Shown here: one piece after another, positions 12,818 through 26,349 of the stretch | How the letters are laid out: each line of letters starts with the position of its first letter | Numbering within the stretch: position 1 is the stretch's first letter | Assembly (NCBI GenBank): GCA_964016885.1 | Contig: OZ024741.1 | Coordinates: 158,596,001-158,660,000 of the forward strand | DNA from: Eledone cirrhosa | Taxonomy: Eukaryota | DNA: 64,000 bases | Direction of reading: 5' to 3' | Notes under the pieces: generated by a model | The model's database searches: none | What the model saw: only the letters and a program-made list of their open reading frames with translations | What the model was told of the DNA's origin: nothing | Program-made: the position numbers and the translations under genes

Positions 12818-13293
12818 ATATTGTTATACTTTGGGAGGGTCATGTTGCCAATAAGAAACACACGCACCAGTTTCTTTCACTCCAATTTATTATAAATTTA
12901 ATTTATAAATTTAAGAATTTATAAATTTCCGGTTGGTTGGTTGGCTGGTTGTTCAGATATTGTCAAAGTTCTTTCGTCAGACATTCTGTGACCTCTTCAG
13001 TGACAGAACAAAAGAGAGGCACAAAACAAAGAAAAGAATCCCCAGTCACTGAAGAGGTCACAGAATGTGTGACAAAAGAACTTTGACAATATATGAACAA
13101 CCGTCCGGTTGTGGAACCAACCAGCTAACCGGAAATTTATAAATTTATAAATTTTTAAATTTATAATAAATTGGAGTGAAAGCAACTGGTGCCTGTGTTT
13201 CTTATTGGCAACATGACCCTCCCAAAGTATAACAATATCGGTTTCAACACACGTTTTCAGATAAAGAATCTTGCTAAACAAATTCAGAAACGA
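12818..13293. mobile_element. Inverted-repeat PLE-like insertion with hammerhead motif
   Basis: Arms 12818-13004 and 13045-13238, one-sided tail 13239-13293, (TA)n flanks; minus hammerhead 12962-13004 GTCA-CTGAAGA-G-GTCA..TGAC-GAAA-GAAC-TT-TGAC. Confidence 0.75.
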
Positions 13294-13412
13294 AATATAT
13301 ATATATATATATATATATATTTAAGAGTTAAACAAGATTCAATGAGTACATCAAAGAATGAGTTTTACAATAGATTGGAAGCACTCTACAGAATTATTTT
13401 CCAGAGTTATTA

Positions 13413-13610
13413 ATATTAATTCCAAATATTAACAAAATAGATATTCTTGTGATCAATTATATTTTATTATACATATTTCATTTCATGATGAGGACGTACG
13501 TTGAACTTAATTCAGTACCTCTGAAATATGTATAATAAAATATAATTGATATCACAAGAATAAATTAATATCACAAGAATATCTATTTTGTTAATATTTG
13601 GAATTAATAT
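13413..13610. mobile_element. Inverted-repeat PLE-like fragment with degenerate hammerhead
   Basis: 13413-13480 is the reverse complement of 13522-13610; ATGATGA-GGACGTAC..GTACCTC-TGAAATATGTA. Confidence 0.55.
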
Positions 13611-13805
13611 ATATATACACCCGAATTACTTGATCGTTTTTTTTTGGCTATGCGAATGATTGTTTAACCATCGTCTCAGTGTGTTTGGCCTTTAACGTTT
13701 GTTATAGCTCTGGTTCATCTGAATCATTGAGCACTTGCCTCACATCTCGGAGGTTGGTTTTCGTTATTTCTTTACCGAAATGCGAATCTCGATAATTTAT
13801 GTTTG

Positions 13806-13840
<35 letters not shown>

Positions 13841-13842
<2 letters not shown>

Positions 13843-14042
13843 GATATTAAATAAATGGAAACTATATTTATAAAACTATATTTATTTCATTATACATATT
13901 TCAGGGATACCAAATTAAAATATGGTATGCCATCATCAGACAAAATACAATATATAAACAGTTTTATAAATAATTGTCGAGTGCTTTATATCAGTTATAA
14001 AATATTTACTTGTTGTATCCCAACAATTTTAAATAAAACTTT

Positions 14043-14045
<3 letters not shown>
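13841..14045 (-). mobile_element. PLE-like family A fragment with hammerhead motif (13893-13939) and tail
   Basis: Homologous to the inverted arm at 60152-60290 and the tail at 60460-60537; (TA)n flanks. Confidence 0.7.
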
Positions 14046-14116
<71 letters not shown>

Positions 14117-14157
14117 ATGGCAAGAATGTGACTTTGGGGCCAGTTCACAAACAAAAG

Positions 14158-14218
<61 letters not shown>

Positions 14219-14685
14219 AGTTAAACTTTTGTGAAAGACTTCAAGGTCTTCCCACACCATCTCTCTCCCTGCATCTCTCACTCTTGCTGTCAGTTATCTT
14301 CAATTATCGTCTACTCTTTTAGTCGCTCTCTCCGGTCGGTTGCCGCGATAGCTTTTATTTAAAAAAAACACCCCATCAGACGCTCACACACAGATACACA
14401 CACATGTACATATACTGGTTCTGAAACCCAAAAGACCATGCTTCAATGTCATCCCTGTTTTATCTCCTCATGCTACAACTATTGTACACCACCGACGACG
14501 AAATTTCCTGCTTGGGTTTTCATGTTATTGGCAACTGTAAAAGTGATAGCGGCGACGGCGGTGCGGTTGAAGAGACAGCGGTGGTGGTCGTGGTGGTGTT
14601 GTGGTCAGAGGCAGATTGAGCGTGCAGGGGCGCTTTGGCTGAACATTTCAGTGGGGGCACTTACGTATTTATTTATAGTAGCAAA

Positions 14686-15107
14686 ATAATGGTTTCTAAA
14701 ATAGGCACAAGGCCATCAATTTTTTGGGGGGTGGGGGAAAGTCAATTAAATCGACCCCAATGCATAACTGGTACTTTATTTTATCGACCCCGTAAGGATG
14801 AAAGGCAAAGTCAACCTCGGCGGGATTTGAGCTCAGAACGTTAAGGGCCATAACTCTATGCTGCAAAGAGTGGTGTCTGACTACCGATACTGCCAAAATA
14901 ATGTTTTCTTATATAAGCACAAGGCCAGCAATTTTGGGGGAGGGGAAAGTCAATTAAATCGACACCAGTGCATGACTGGTACTTTATTTTATCGACCCCG
15001 TAAGGATGAAAGGCAAAGTTAACCTCGGCGGGATTTGAACTCAGATCATAAGGGCCGTAACTCTATGCTGCAAAGCGTCGTGTCTGATTCTCTACCGATG
15101 CTGCCAA
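14686..15107 (-). mobile_element. Two tandem SINE S1 copies
   Basis: Two consecutive reverse-complement S1 bodies of about 211 bp. Confidence 0.8.
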
Positions 15108-15964
15108 AATGATAATAATTTGCGGCCCCTTTAAATATTGTGGGACTCGTGGCTTAAGCCCAGTCTTCCCACCTCTCTTCGCCAATTTGTCGGTGGTGGT
15201 GAAAGTGGTGTGGCAATGGTGGAGACGGTGATGTTATTGTTTGCGCAATTTATTAATGGTAGCAAAAACAAAATTAATATGGGGCTCTTTTAAAATATTG
15301 TGGGGCTCGTGACTACCCCCACCACCAATTTGCCACTTGTGGTTGGGGGGAAGTGGTGTGGACAATGGTGGCGACGGTGGTGTTATTGTCGTTAGCAGCG
15401 TTAAAACGGAAGTAGCAGTGGTGGAAATAGTGTTGGCAAGGTAGCGTTGGTGGTAGCAGTAGTGGTGTTGACAAGTCAGCAGTGGTGACGAGGTGGGGTA
15501 TTGACATGGCAGCGGTGGTGGTGGTGGTGTATTTGACAGAACTGTGACGGTATTGACAGGATAACAGTGGTTGTGATCGTATTGACATGACAGCCGTGCT
15601 GGGAATCACATCTATGTATCTAAAATACGGAGTACCACCATCTTTATTCAATGACTGGATATTTCATTAATGTTCGAGAGTAACTGAACTCTAGTATAAA
15701 AATGTGTAGTAACTCAGTGGATTTTATTTAGTTAACCTTAAAAATGATGTTATTACAATGCATATGTCATAAACATTTTGTAATAAAGTGGGGAAAAATA
15801 TATTAAGTTAACAAAGTATTTCTAAATACTAGACTATCTGTGATCCGTTGGGTCACGTTCACTTCAAAATATTTTTTAAAAATCATGTTGTACACTTAAA
15901 AATAATTTTTAAATAATTAAAATATACAGACATGTATATAATGTGAAATGAAACTGGAAGGCCC

Positions 15965-16350
<386 letters not shown>

Positions 16351-17040
16351 ATTAGAATTGGAGCTCTGAAATAGCAATATATATATGGATGTATATATAA
16401 TGTATTTTGCAATACACTTTATGCTTAATTAAAAGCATTTTGAAGACCGTAAGCTATTGATTTAAAGTAGTGACAAATTCACTCACTTTGATCTCAGCAA
16501 ACAGGAGGAGATAAGCCGACATGACATGTTTCGCTTTTGTTGAAGCTTATCAAGGCCAACTACCCCGCCTGTCTACTGAGATCAATGATGTTATATTCTT
16601 ATAGAAATCTAGTAAATAATCAGGAGCTGATTATACTTTAAATCAATAGCTTACAGTCTTCAAAATGCTTTTAATTAAGCATAAAGTGTATTGCAAAATA
16701 CATTATATATACATCCATATATATATTGCTATTTCAGAGCTCCAATTCTAATTTTTAATTTCTGCCTGACCAACAACCGCTCTGCATAATCAGCTCCTGA
16801 TTATTTACTAGATTTCTATAAGAATATAACATCATTGATCTCAGTAGACAGGCGGGGTAGTTGGCCTTGATAAGCTTCAACAAAAGCGAAACATGTCATG
16901 TCGGCTTATCTCCTCCTGTTTGCTGAGATCAAAGTGAGTGAATTTGTCACTACTTTAAATCAATAGCTTACGGTCTTCAAAATGCTTTTAATTAAGCATA
17001 AAGTGTATTGCAAAATACATTATATATACATCCATATAAA
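16351..17040. mobile_element. Complex inverted/tandem PLE-like pLTR insertion with U3:A8 hammerhead
   Basis: Layout AB (16351-16634), A' (16635-16752), 33-bp unique segment, (AB)' (16786-17037); arms nearly identical; hammerhead TTGATAA GCTT..AAGC GAAA CATG TC at 16867-16897 (+) and 16523-16553 (-). Confidence 0.8.
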
Positions 17041-17419
17041 TATATATATATATATATATACATATATATATACAACAACACCAACAGCTGTCTCTCTCTC
17101 TCTCTTTCTCTCTCTGTTTATGAAGGTATCCGGAAAAAACCCATATCTCGGGAACCCGGACTCCGATTTACGCGAAATTTGTTTTATTTCATTTGTATTC
17201 CCATTTCAGGGACAACTTCCTTTCAAAATATTTTCCCATTATGCGCCCCTTTTTGGCTGTATTACATTACAGACAAGCAAGCAAGCAATAGACTTTTAGT
17301 ATTATGTTGATTGTACATTTTCAGAAACAATATAAATGGTTATACAATGACCTGGTGAAGAGCAAATCCAAAAGAAAAAGATTGCTGTATCGTCGAATGA
17401 CTGCGAGTATTGTTTGTTA

Positions 17420-17739
17420 ATTGAAAAGGAAAGGAAAGGCCTAGTGTCACAGAAGAATGGGGAGTGGTAGTAGGGAGGGTGATGGGTTCTACCCTAGGGC
17501 GCGGTGGTTTTAGGGCTGCACCTCGTGGACACGACCGCAAAGCGACACCCGCTACAACAGCTACTCCACCACGCATGGCCCCTGTCTCAGACGGGCTGCT
17601 GACGTTGCGAAGGAGCTCGCCAGCATGGGGACCAAGTATGCCCGAGGTCTCGACGATGACCAGTGCGAAGAGGGAGCGTCCGAACATTCCTCGGTATTTG
17701 TTTATCTTCCTTTCCTCTGCATTGCGGGCCGAAGCGACT
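17420..17739 (-). pseudogene. CRE-like non-LTR retrotransposon, C-terminal restriction-like endonuclease fragment
   Basis: SASARNAEERKINKYRGMFGRSLFALVIVETSGILGPHAGELL..ETG fits the A..AE..K..KY...F.P...ET.G..G..A..L pattern; GC-rich; (TTTCC)n downstream on the minus strand. Confidence 0.6.
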
Positions 17740-18084
17740 AATGTATGTACTCATATACTTAAACTACATCATGTGTATGTACGCACATGCATAATCTATA
17801 TCATGTGTGTACTAACATGCATAACGTACACCATGTGTGTGTTTGTGAGTGTGTGAGCGAAAGAAAACGCTTGTACTCAAATAAGTAAATAATAATCTAC
17901 CACATACATGTGTGTGTGTGAAGAGAATTCCATTGCACACCACAGAGCTACATATGTATACTTATATAAGAGTACATATTTTTAGATCTAAAACAATTTT
18001 GGCTTTATGACCATTACACAAATCATGCTGGTTCCCGTACCAATAAGAGGTCTTCTATTAGATATATAGCCACCATACACGCAC

Positions 18085-18115
<31 letters not shown>

Positions 18116-18559
18116 TGTATGTATGTATGTATGTATGTATGTATGTATGTATGTATGTATGATGTTATTAAAAAGGATCCTAGAAATAGAGGGATAAAGA
18201 TCTATAACATCAAACTGAATTTGGTCCTGTTCTTAAAGGGTATTTCTGTGAACCATGATATGACAGATATATTATTTCACAGTGAGAGATTGTTTTTAAT
18301 AATATAAGTGTTGATGTCTCTTAACATTTTTCTACTAGCTAGTCATAACTCTATCCATCTACTTTGTCAAGAAGCATTTTTATGTAAGAAATGTTGGTAG
18401 GTGTCGGTATGTTTAGTTGAATAATTAATCTCGTATAGATCCATATGTTGGAGTGATGAATATATCCTGATGTCCAAAGAGTGCTCAACAAAAACGGACA
18501 GAAAAATACGAGTCAGTTGAAATAAATTCCGATGGTCTGTGCAAAATATTCCACAGAGG

Positions 18560-19030
18560 AGGAATATGTGTATGTAGAAAATATCCGTAGATGTAAAAAA
18601 GGAAAACAATGCTCAATCGGGAAGAAAGCTGATATATTATTTATCTTTATACACAACAAAACGCTACAAAATTCGATGTTTGCGAAACATACGTTGATAT
18701 GCTGTAGGATCATTTTAAACAGCGTTTTTACCTTCATCTCCACTCCTTGAGGAATCCTAATATGAGATCCAGTATAGCCCTGGCATAAAAAAAAGAATGG
18801 TAATTAAAGGAGAAATGAGTTTCACATAAGATTACTTGGAAGGTAGTTGAAAGATCCAGACCTTACACCAATGGTACCAAAAGATGTCGTCTCTCTCTTA
18901 ATGAGAAATTTAGAATATTACAAGGTTTGAAGTCTCCAAACAATAATTATTTGAACTCTCAAAGAGCGAAAGTTTTAGAAGATGCCTCCATCTCAAAGGT
19001 CAACTGCTTGCTAAGTCGAAATACTCAACA
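18560..19030 (+). pseudogene. Penelope-like element GIY-YIG endonuclease, degraded
   Basis: Manual translation gives CVCRK..., TYVDML*DHFKQRFYLHLHSLRN..SSIALA*..W*LK, ITWKVVERSRPYTNGTKRCRLSLNEKFRIL..LNS/SESFRRCLH, with stops and frameshifts. Confidence 0.7.
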
Positions 19031-19493
19031 AATTCAACTGATTTTCAATCACCTTGATTTGATTTATATACTTTCTTAATATCTTGTTTTTCTCTTTCTT
19101 TTTCCACACTTACATAATACAATACACCTTATATATTACTCTACTTTATACCTTAATAAATATTACCATCTCTGCTACATGCCACCTCATAATACCTTAC
19201 ATCTGCTATAGCGTACGAATACAAACACGTGTATGACGTCGCTATTTCAAATTTACATCCTGGAGTTATTTCCCTTTGTTATAACACGTTTTTTGTAAAC
19301 TGGCGTTTTAGCACACTTTACTTTTAACGGTATCTTATAAACACGTATAAGTGTCAGATTAGGTCACAAATTTTATCTCTCTTAGATTTTGGAGATATGG
19401 TCACTATTGGGCCTTGAAATCTTAGTGCTTTTTTTCCGTCTAAGATTGAGCAGTTTTCCTTTTTCCTTTTTCACACCAACTGATATTTTCTGC

Positions 19494-19795
19494 ATCATCA
19501 TCATCATCATCATCGTTTAACGTCTATCTTCCACGCTAGCATGGGTTAGACGGGAGTTGTTCCATTTGAGGCAAGATTGGTCGGGTGACCGTGTCTCGCT
19601 CGTATAGGACTATCTGGCAGGTTTTCTATGGCTGGATGCCCTTCCTAACACCAACCACATTTACAGTGTGGACTAGGAACTTTTTACCGTGACACCTACA
19701 CGATCTCTTTACTGGATATTGTGGTACCAACATAACTGTATAGGGAAAGGATGGTGTTGGCGGGAGTGGGAGTAGGGGTAGTGGGTTGGGGTGTA
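19494..19795 (-). mobile_element. 5'-truncated RTE 3' UTR with (GAT)n tail
   Basis: Homologous to the RTE 3' UTR at 56545-56877. Confidence 0.75.
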
Positions 19796-20054
19796 TACAT
19801 ACATGTGTGTGTGTGTTACACACACACACACGCATAAATATATAACATGCAAAGAATGTAAAACAGATTTATGAGCATGTTTTCAGTAAATTTATATTTA
19901 GCTTGTGAAAAGGTAGACACTATTGTTAAAGTTTTCTCTCTCTGTTGAATTAAAAAATGGTCTAACTAATTTCAGCTTTTGTCAAAGATTCATCAGAAAG
20001 GGGTTATTTATTCCAGGTCACAAATAAAATAGATTTGACTGCTATTTTCATTAA

Positions 20055-20239
20055 CCATTTCCATATCAATCTGTCAAAACCCCCAATTAAAATGTTTCAG
20101 TGTAATTTTATATAATAACTATATTTTACTTTACTATCATAGTAATAAAATAATTAGTAATTTTAAGTAAATCCTTCAAAGTTCTTCATTAATTAATTGA
20201 AATAGAGTGTATTTCATTAAAGATATAGTCACAAAAAGG
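20055..20239. mobile_element. piggyBac-like MITE, family P2
   Basis: TTAA-CCATTT ... AAAAGG-TTAA; homologous to 41703-41924. Confidence 0.55.
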
Positions 20240-20339
20240 TTAAAGATTTCTTATATAAATCAAAATCTTCCAACATAATTTTACATAAGAAATAGATGTT
20301 TAGCTACAATTTAGTAATAAAATAATTAATAATTTGGAC

Positions 20340-20560
20340 AGATTTTATGGGCAAAACCATATAGGCAAGACCCAGTGGGTAGACCACAAGCAAAATGGTT
20401 GGATAACATCGATGAGCTTGGCTCGTCTCGCTTAGGGATCCAGCCGGATCAGATGGAGATGGTTGCTTCTGACAGGACCCACTGGGAGGAGTGTTTGAGG
20501 ACTCAGCCTCTATAACCATCTCAGCAATAAGTGTGCGAAGAAGATGAAGATGAAGAAGAG
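20340..20560 (+). mobile_element. RTE second family 3' end with (GAA/GAT) tail
   Basis: Homologous to the reverse complement of 7200-7400; ends GAAGAAGATGAAGATGAAGAAG. Confidence 0.65.
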
Positions 20561-20902
20561 TTTAACTAAATCCCTCGAAATTCTTGATTAATTAATTGAA
20601 ATGGAGTGTGTTTAATAGAATCATGGTCACGATTAATGGTTAATGCAAATGTAATATAGGTCAAGTTACACTTACTTTCCAGCCCACACCCATTGGAAGT
20701 TGTGAAGAGTTGAGTGTTATGGTTTCATAAAACACTCCAGATAAATGTACAGCAAGTTGTCAATTATATTTCAACAGTCATCAACAACCTCCTTATAAAC
20801 ATTACATCATTATATGTTTATATTTAATGACCCAACCACTATGGTGTAAATTAGGATCACAAAATTAAATAAATGATCATAAATTAGTATTATTATCAAT
20901 AG

Positions 20903-21090
20903 AGCGGTGGATTGGCAGTATCGGTAGAGGGTCGGACGCCATGCTTTCCAGCATAGTTACGTCCCTTTACGATCTGAGTTCAAATCCCGCCGAGGTTGAC
21001 TTTGCCTTTCATCCTTACGGGGTCGATAAAATAAAGTACCAGTAATGCACTGGATAATTGCTGGCCTAGTGCCTAAAGTAGAAACAATTA
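20903..21090 (+). mobile_element. SINE S1, full length
   Basis: A-box TGGCAGTATCGG, B-box, core and tail. Confidence 0.85.
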
Positions 21091-22421
21091 TCAATTCGAG
21101 AGTCAACTGTATTATTAGAATTTATCACTTTCTATGTATATTTAAATCAAATATTTTTTATTATTCAAATTTATACTATAGCTGCAATATTTTAAGAAGT
21201 TTTAAGAAGAAGTTTTCTTGTCCTTTACTTTTCCAGGTGTAATAACTTGTCCTTTACTTTTCTAGGTTTATTAATTTAAGAATATTTCTTTACATACGCT
21301 CGCATTTTTCCCTGTAATATAAGCATTATCAAGGCAATTGGTTAATTCTCTTTAATACACCAATCAAACGTGTGTATGTCTATGTGTATGTGTATGGCTT
21401 AGTGGTCAGAACATTGTGGTTGTGAGTTCGATTCACAGACTGGGTAATATCTTATGTACTTGAGCAAAGCACTTTGTTTCACATAGCTCCAGTTCACTCA
21501 GCTGGAAAAATAAAATAGTTGTGATGTCATTGGTACAATGCTGTATCAGCCTTTGCCTTCCCATAGGACAACATTGGTGACAAATAGAGGGGTGACTGGT
21601 ATGCATGGGCGACTACTAGCACATGTCCAGATTTTTCTGGACATGTGCCTTGGAGGGGAACTTTCTCAGTGCGAACCCATGGTCATTCCTGATCAAAAGG
21701 GGCCTATGATGTGTGTGTATGTATATAGAAACTATGTAATATGATAACTGCAGCCAGATGATGTCCACACCCTCCTCCATACTAGTAATTGGAGCAGGTT
21801 GTTTGGCTGAAAGGGCTGGGGTATAATTTTGAAGGATGTGCTTGAATTTAATTTATGGCTGATGTAGTATGGTTTTGTAAGTATGGTTGATTGTAGGATT
21901 AAGGTTTGAATTTGCTTAGGTTTGGTTTAGATTTGTTTACATTTAGGGAAAAAGGATGATAAATGATGATATATATGGCTGACTGGAAACACATACTTTT
22001 TCTCGAAGCAAATTTTTTACAGTCCTTCCTCTTCTCACACTCATCTTTCTATATCATCTTTTATTTCTGATTCTATTTCTGATGAAGGACTATTGACTGA
22101 AATGTAAAGACTCTTTTCCTACTATATCTAGTGTTAAACTAATATATTTCTTGTACTGAGTTGTTTACTTTGTTGACTATATATATATCCTTTCTATATT
22201 TTTCTCCTTTGGCTAAGCCCTACCACACTCTATATTTATGTAATTTGCCTAAAGACATAACTTGTCTCTACCTGTTTTGTTATGTCCTAATGTGCACAGG
22301 AATGAATAGTATCAACCTTAATGTACCAAAACCATAGTGATTTCCAGAGGTTGACAGAGGAGATGGGACTGTCCATTTTTTTACATTGTTTAGAACTGTT
22401 TTGAACACATATATCACAGTT

Positions 22422-22760
22422 CATCATCATTTCATTTTACGTCTGCTTTTTCCCTGCTTGCAAGGGTGGGACGGGAACAGATGCTGGCTTGATTTCTACA
22501 GCTGGATGCCCTTCCTAACACCAACCTCATTTTACAGTGAGTGCTGGGTGATTTTTTGCCGTGGCACCTCCACGACCACTTTGCAGTGGAATGATAGGGA
22601 CCCCAGTCCCTATCATCTCATTTCTACAGCTGAGTAAACTGGAGCAATGTGAAATAAAGTGTCTTGCTTAAGGAAACAACACATCACCCGGTCTGAGAAT
22701 TGAACTCACAACCTTTCGATTGCAAGGCCAATGCTCTAACCACTAAGCCATGTGTCTCCA
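22422..22760 (-). mobile_element. tRNA-derived SINE family S2 (CORE-like body, RTE-type tail)
   Basis: Minus tRNA head TGGCTTAGTGGTTAGAGC..GAGTTCAATTC, body CCTT.AGCAAGACACTT, tail TTAGGAAGGGCATCCAGC..(GAT)n shared with the RTE 3' UTR. Confidence 0.85.
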
Positions 22761-23225
22761 GTTCATATTTATATATATTAAATTATGTGTTTTAAATACC
22801 ATTATACTTAAAACATTCAATTGCTACTTGACAGTGCTCAATATCTGAAGAGGAAATAAAAGTTTCATCTAGCAGCTAGATGTAGCAATAGATGATATAT
22901 ATATATATATATGATGATGATGATGATCTGGCTGGATCCCAAAGCAAAAGCAACCAAGCTCTTTGATGTTATCCAACCATCTTGCTCGGGATCAACCCGC
23001 GGGTCTCATGTCAGTTGGCATTGCCCGTAAAATCTGTCCAGAGATTCTTACATAAGAGATTGTAATCATATGTCCATAGATCTCTAATTTCAGAGAAGTA
23101 GCAGCTCTATCTGGAGCGACTCTCTGATTTCCGAGCAATTCACTCTATTGAGTAATGTTACTCCAAAGAAATTTCAGAGGAACCCAAGTTATGCTGCTTG
23201 TATTTATGATTGTATATATATATAT

Positions 23226-23613
23226 ATCATCATCATCATCATTTTATGCCCGCTTTTTCCTGCTTGCAAGGGTGGGACGGGAACTGATTCTGGTTTGAAT
23301 TCTACAGCTGGATGCCCTTCCTAACACCAACCTCATTTACAGTGAGTGCTGGGTGCTTTTTTTCCGTGGTGCCTACACATCCACTTTACAGTGTGGGCTG
23401 GGTGCTTTTTTGCTGTGGTGCCTCCACGACCACTTTGCAGTGGAATGATAGGGACCCCAGTCCCTATCATCTCATTTCTACAGCTGAGTAAACTGGAGCA
23501 ATGTGAAATAAAGTATCTTGCTCAAGGAAACAACACATCACCCGGTCTGAGAATTGAACTCACAACCTTTTGATTGCAAGGCCAATGCTTTAACCACTAA
23601 GCCATGTGCCTCC
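23226..23613 (-). mobile_element. SINE S2
   Basis: Same structure as 22422, with a short internal duplication. Confidence 0.85.
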
Positions 23614-23638
23614 ATATATACATACATACATATATATA

Positions 23639-23965
23639 TGGCTTAGTGGTTAGAGCATTGGCCTTGCAATCGAAAGGTTGTGAGTTCAATTCTCAGACCA
23701 GGTGATGTGTTGTTTCCTTGAACAAGACACTTTATTTCACATTGCTCCAGTTTACTCAGCTGTAGAAATGAGATGATAGGGACTGGGGTCCATATCATTC
23801 CACTGCAAAGTGGTCGTGGAGGTGCCACAGAAAAAAACACCCAGCACTCATTGTAAATGAGGTTGGTGTTAGGAAGGGCATCCAGCTGTAGAAATCAAGC
23901 CAGAATCAGTTCCCGTCCCACCCTTGCAAGCAGGGAAAAGCGAACGTAAAATGATGATGATGATG
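23639..23965 (+). mobile_element. SINE S2, head-to-head with the preceding copy
   Basis: Same structure as 22422. Confidence 0.85.
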
Positions 23966-26349
23966 TACTCGGTTTTTGCGAAGACAAGGTAAGATAAGTG
24001 GCGAGCAAGTTACAAAGAGAAAGGAGAAAGGGGAGCAAGGTAAACTTTTAAGCCTGAGTGGCAGTGGCAGAGGAAAACTTTATGGCTGGGTATGGTGGGT
24101 GAGGCCTCATATGAGAATTGAGACAAGGTACAAGAGTGAGATAGAAGAGGAAGATAAAAGAGGAGAGAAGGTCGCAGAGATTGGTGTGGTGAACAGTTTA
24201 AAAAAGCTCCCGCAAACCTGGGTAATCCACTGGTGATCTGTGGATGGTCAAGATTGCTGGAAGGTCACAGTCGTAAAGTAGATTTCCGGTTCTGATGTAA
24301 AGCATTCCATCTGACACTTTAACAATTCAGCAGCCTGGACTGGTGTATATTTAATCAGTGCTGAATGAAAAGTAAAGTTCACAAAGACCCAGAACAAATA
24401 TTGTCCCCACTCAGATGACTCTACCACATCACCACCTATAAGGATATCAACTTTACTCCTAATCTTTTGGTGTTGATAAAAATCTGCACCTTTTGTCTCA
24501 GCTGAGTGAGGATCCCTGTGGAATCAGATAGCAATTATTGTAAATTGACTGTAAAATTGAAGCAGTATAGTATATCAGTTAATGGCTGATAGTTGCTACT
24601 TAGAAGTTAGCTATCAGCTGGAGAAGGGTGGGGCATCACATATTTTGTTTGCTCTGGAGCTAGCATCTCATTTTTCTTTATATCTAGACTTTAATTTGTT
24701 TTTGTAAGAGAAAATATTGGCCTCTTCTGCAGCAATCAGACTAGTTGATTAAGTATAAACATCTATACAATTTCACTAAAGATTATGCTATAAACTGAAA
24801 TATGTCTAGATTTACATGCTCTCTTTCTAGGGATTTAATACTCAAATTGTTTATAAAACTATTTAAAACTGAATATTTGTTTCCAAGTTGTTAGGCTTTA
24901 TCTGTTGCCATACACATCTTGTCATGTCTACCTTAATCAGTACTAATTTCATAGAAAATATCTATCAAAGACCTATTGTAACATGATTTTGAAATTTCAG
25001 TTGGTCAACATCAAACCAATATATAAGGTTACAGATATTCTATTAAGTCCCATGAAAATCTTAATTGTATAGAGAAGGAAATGAAATACATGGATAGTCT
25101 ACTCATTAGAAATATAAACACAACATGGTTAATTAGTCCTTTCATTATTGTATTTGTAATGAAAGATACTGCCTCTAATTTTCAAATAATTTGGAAAATA
25201 ATCAAAGATATGGAGGGATGTAATAATGTAACTAACATGCTCACTATTAAGTTTTTTTTTTACATAGAATTATGAAAGAAGGTTTAAATTTAAACACGAC
25301 CACTTTAAAAGAAATGGTTTTCTACCCTAGAACTATGGGCAGACTCAGAAACCACATTAGCAAGACATTGACAATTGAAGTCTTTGGTTTACTGCAAACT
25401 TTTACAATAATCTGTCCAATAGTAAAGATTCTATTAACAATTGAATAAACAAATCACATGAAAATACATAAGCAAGACATTAAAAGGTAAAGTCTTTACT
25501 TTAGTTTATTGCAAATTTTCACTACAATTTGTCCACTAGTAATGATACTACAAACATTTCCTCCACATACCTTTTTCTTTTTTTAAAAATCTTCTGCTAA
25601 ATCATTACAGGATGTTAAAGAGGGAGCTGCATTGTTATCAGTTCACATGTGAGAAAAACATTAAACATTTATATATGACTAGATGTTCTATATCTAGCTG
25701 AATCTATTTATGGGAAGATCTACTTCCTGATAGGTTAGGGTGGTCTGTGGTTGCAGCTGGCCAGCATTCCTATTACTCATTAGTCGTGTGTGTGAGAGAG
25801 GGTGTCTATGAATATGTAGGGAATCTACTCCATCAATATAAACATTAAAATACTTCTCATATTTGATTGAAAAATTTCAACAAAATGATACTTTTCCACC
25901 ACACACACAAAAAAAAAAACTGAATCTGTTTAAACACATATATTTTACTCGTTTACTAGGGTTATGCAAAGGTACAATTTTAAAGTTTTAACTGATTTTG
26001 AAAATGGAAGAATGAAAGGCCATGTTAACCTGAGAGGGATTTGAACTCAGGACATAAATACCACAAGGCATTTTACTTAATAGCCAAAATTCCACAAAAA
26101 AGAAAGTTTTAGATTATTTTCTATAGAAATCAACCATAGACTTTTGTTTTTCCTGATTGCTATGTGGTAAATTTGTTCCATAGATTAGTAATACCAACTT
26201 CTAAAACTTTTGTAACCATATGCTAATGGAATACACAGCATTTGAATTAATTGATGAAAAATTTAGAGGGATTTAATAAAATTCATTAAGATGGTATTCA
26301 TAACATTAACTTTGCAAAAGGTTAAAATATATGTTGGAAGGTTTTAACT

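Noticed and set aside
23639-23712. tRNA gene
   Set aside because: tRNA-like head of a SINE, continuous with the SINE body and lacking a proper acceptor stem
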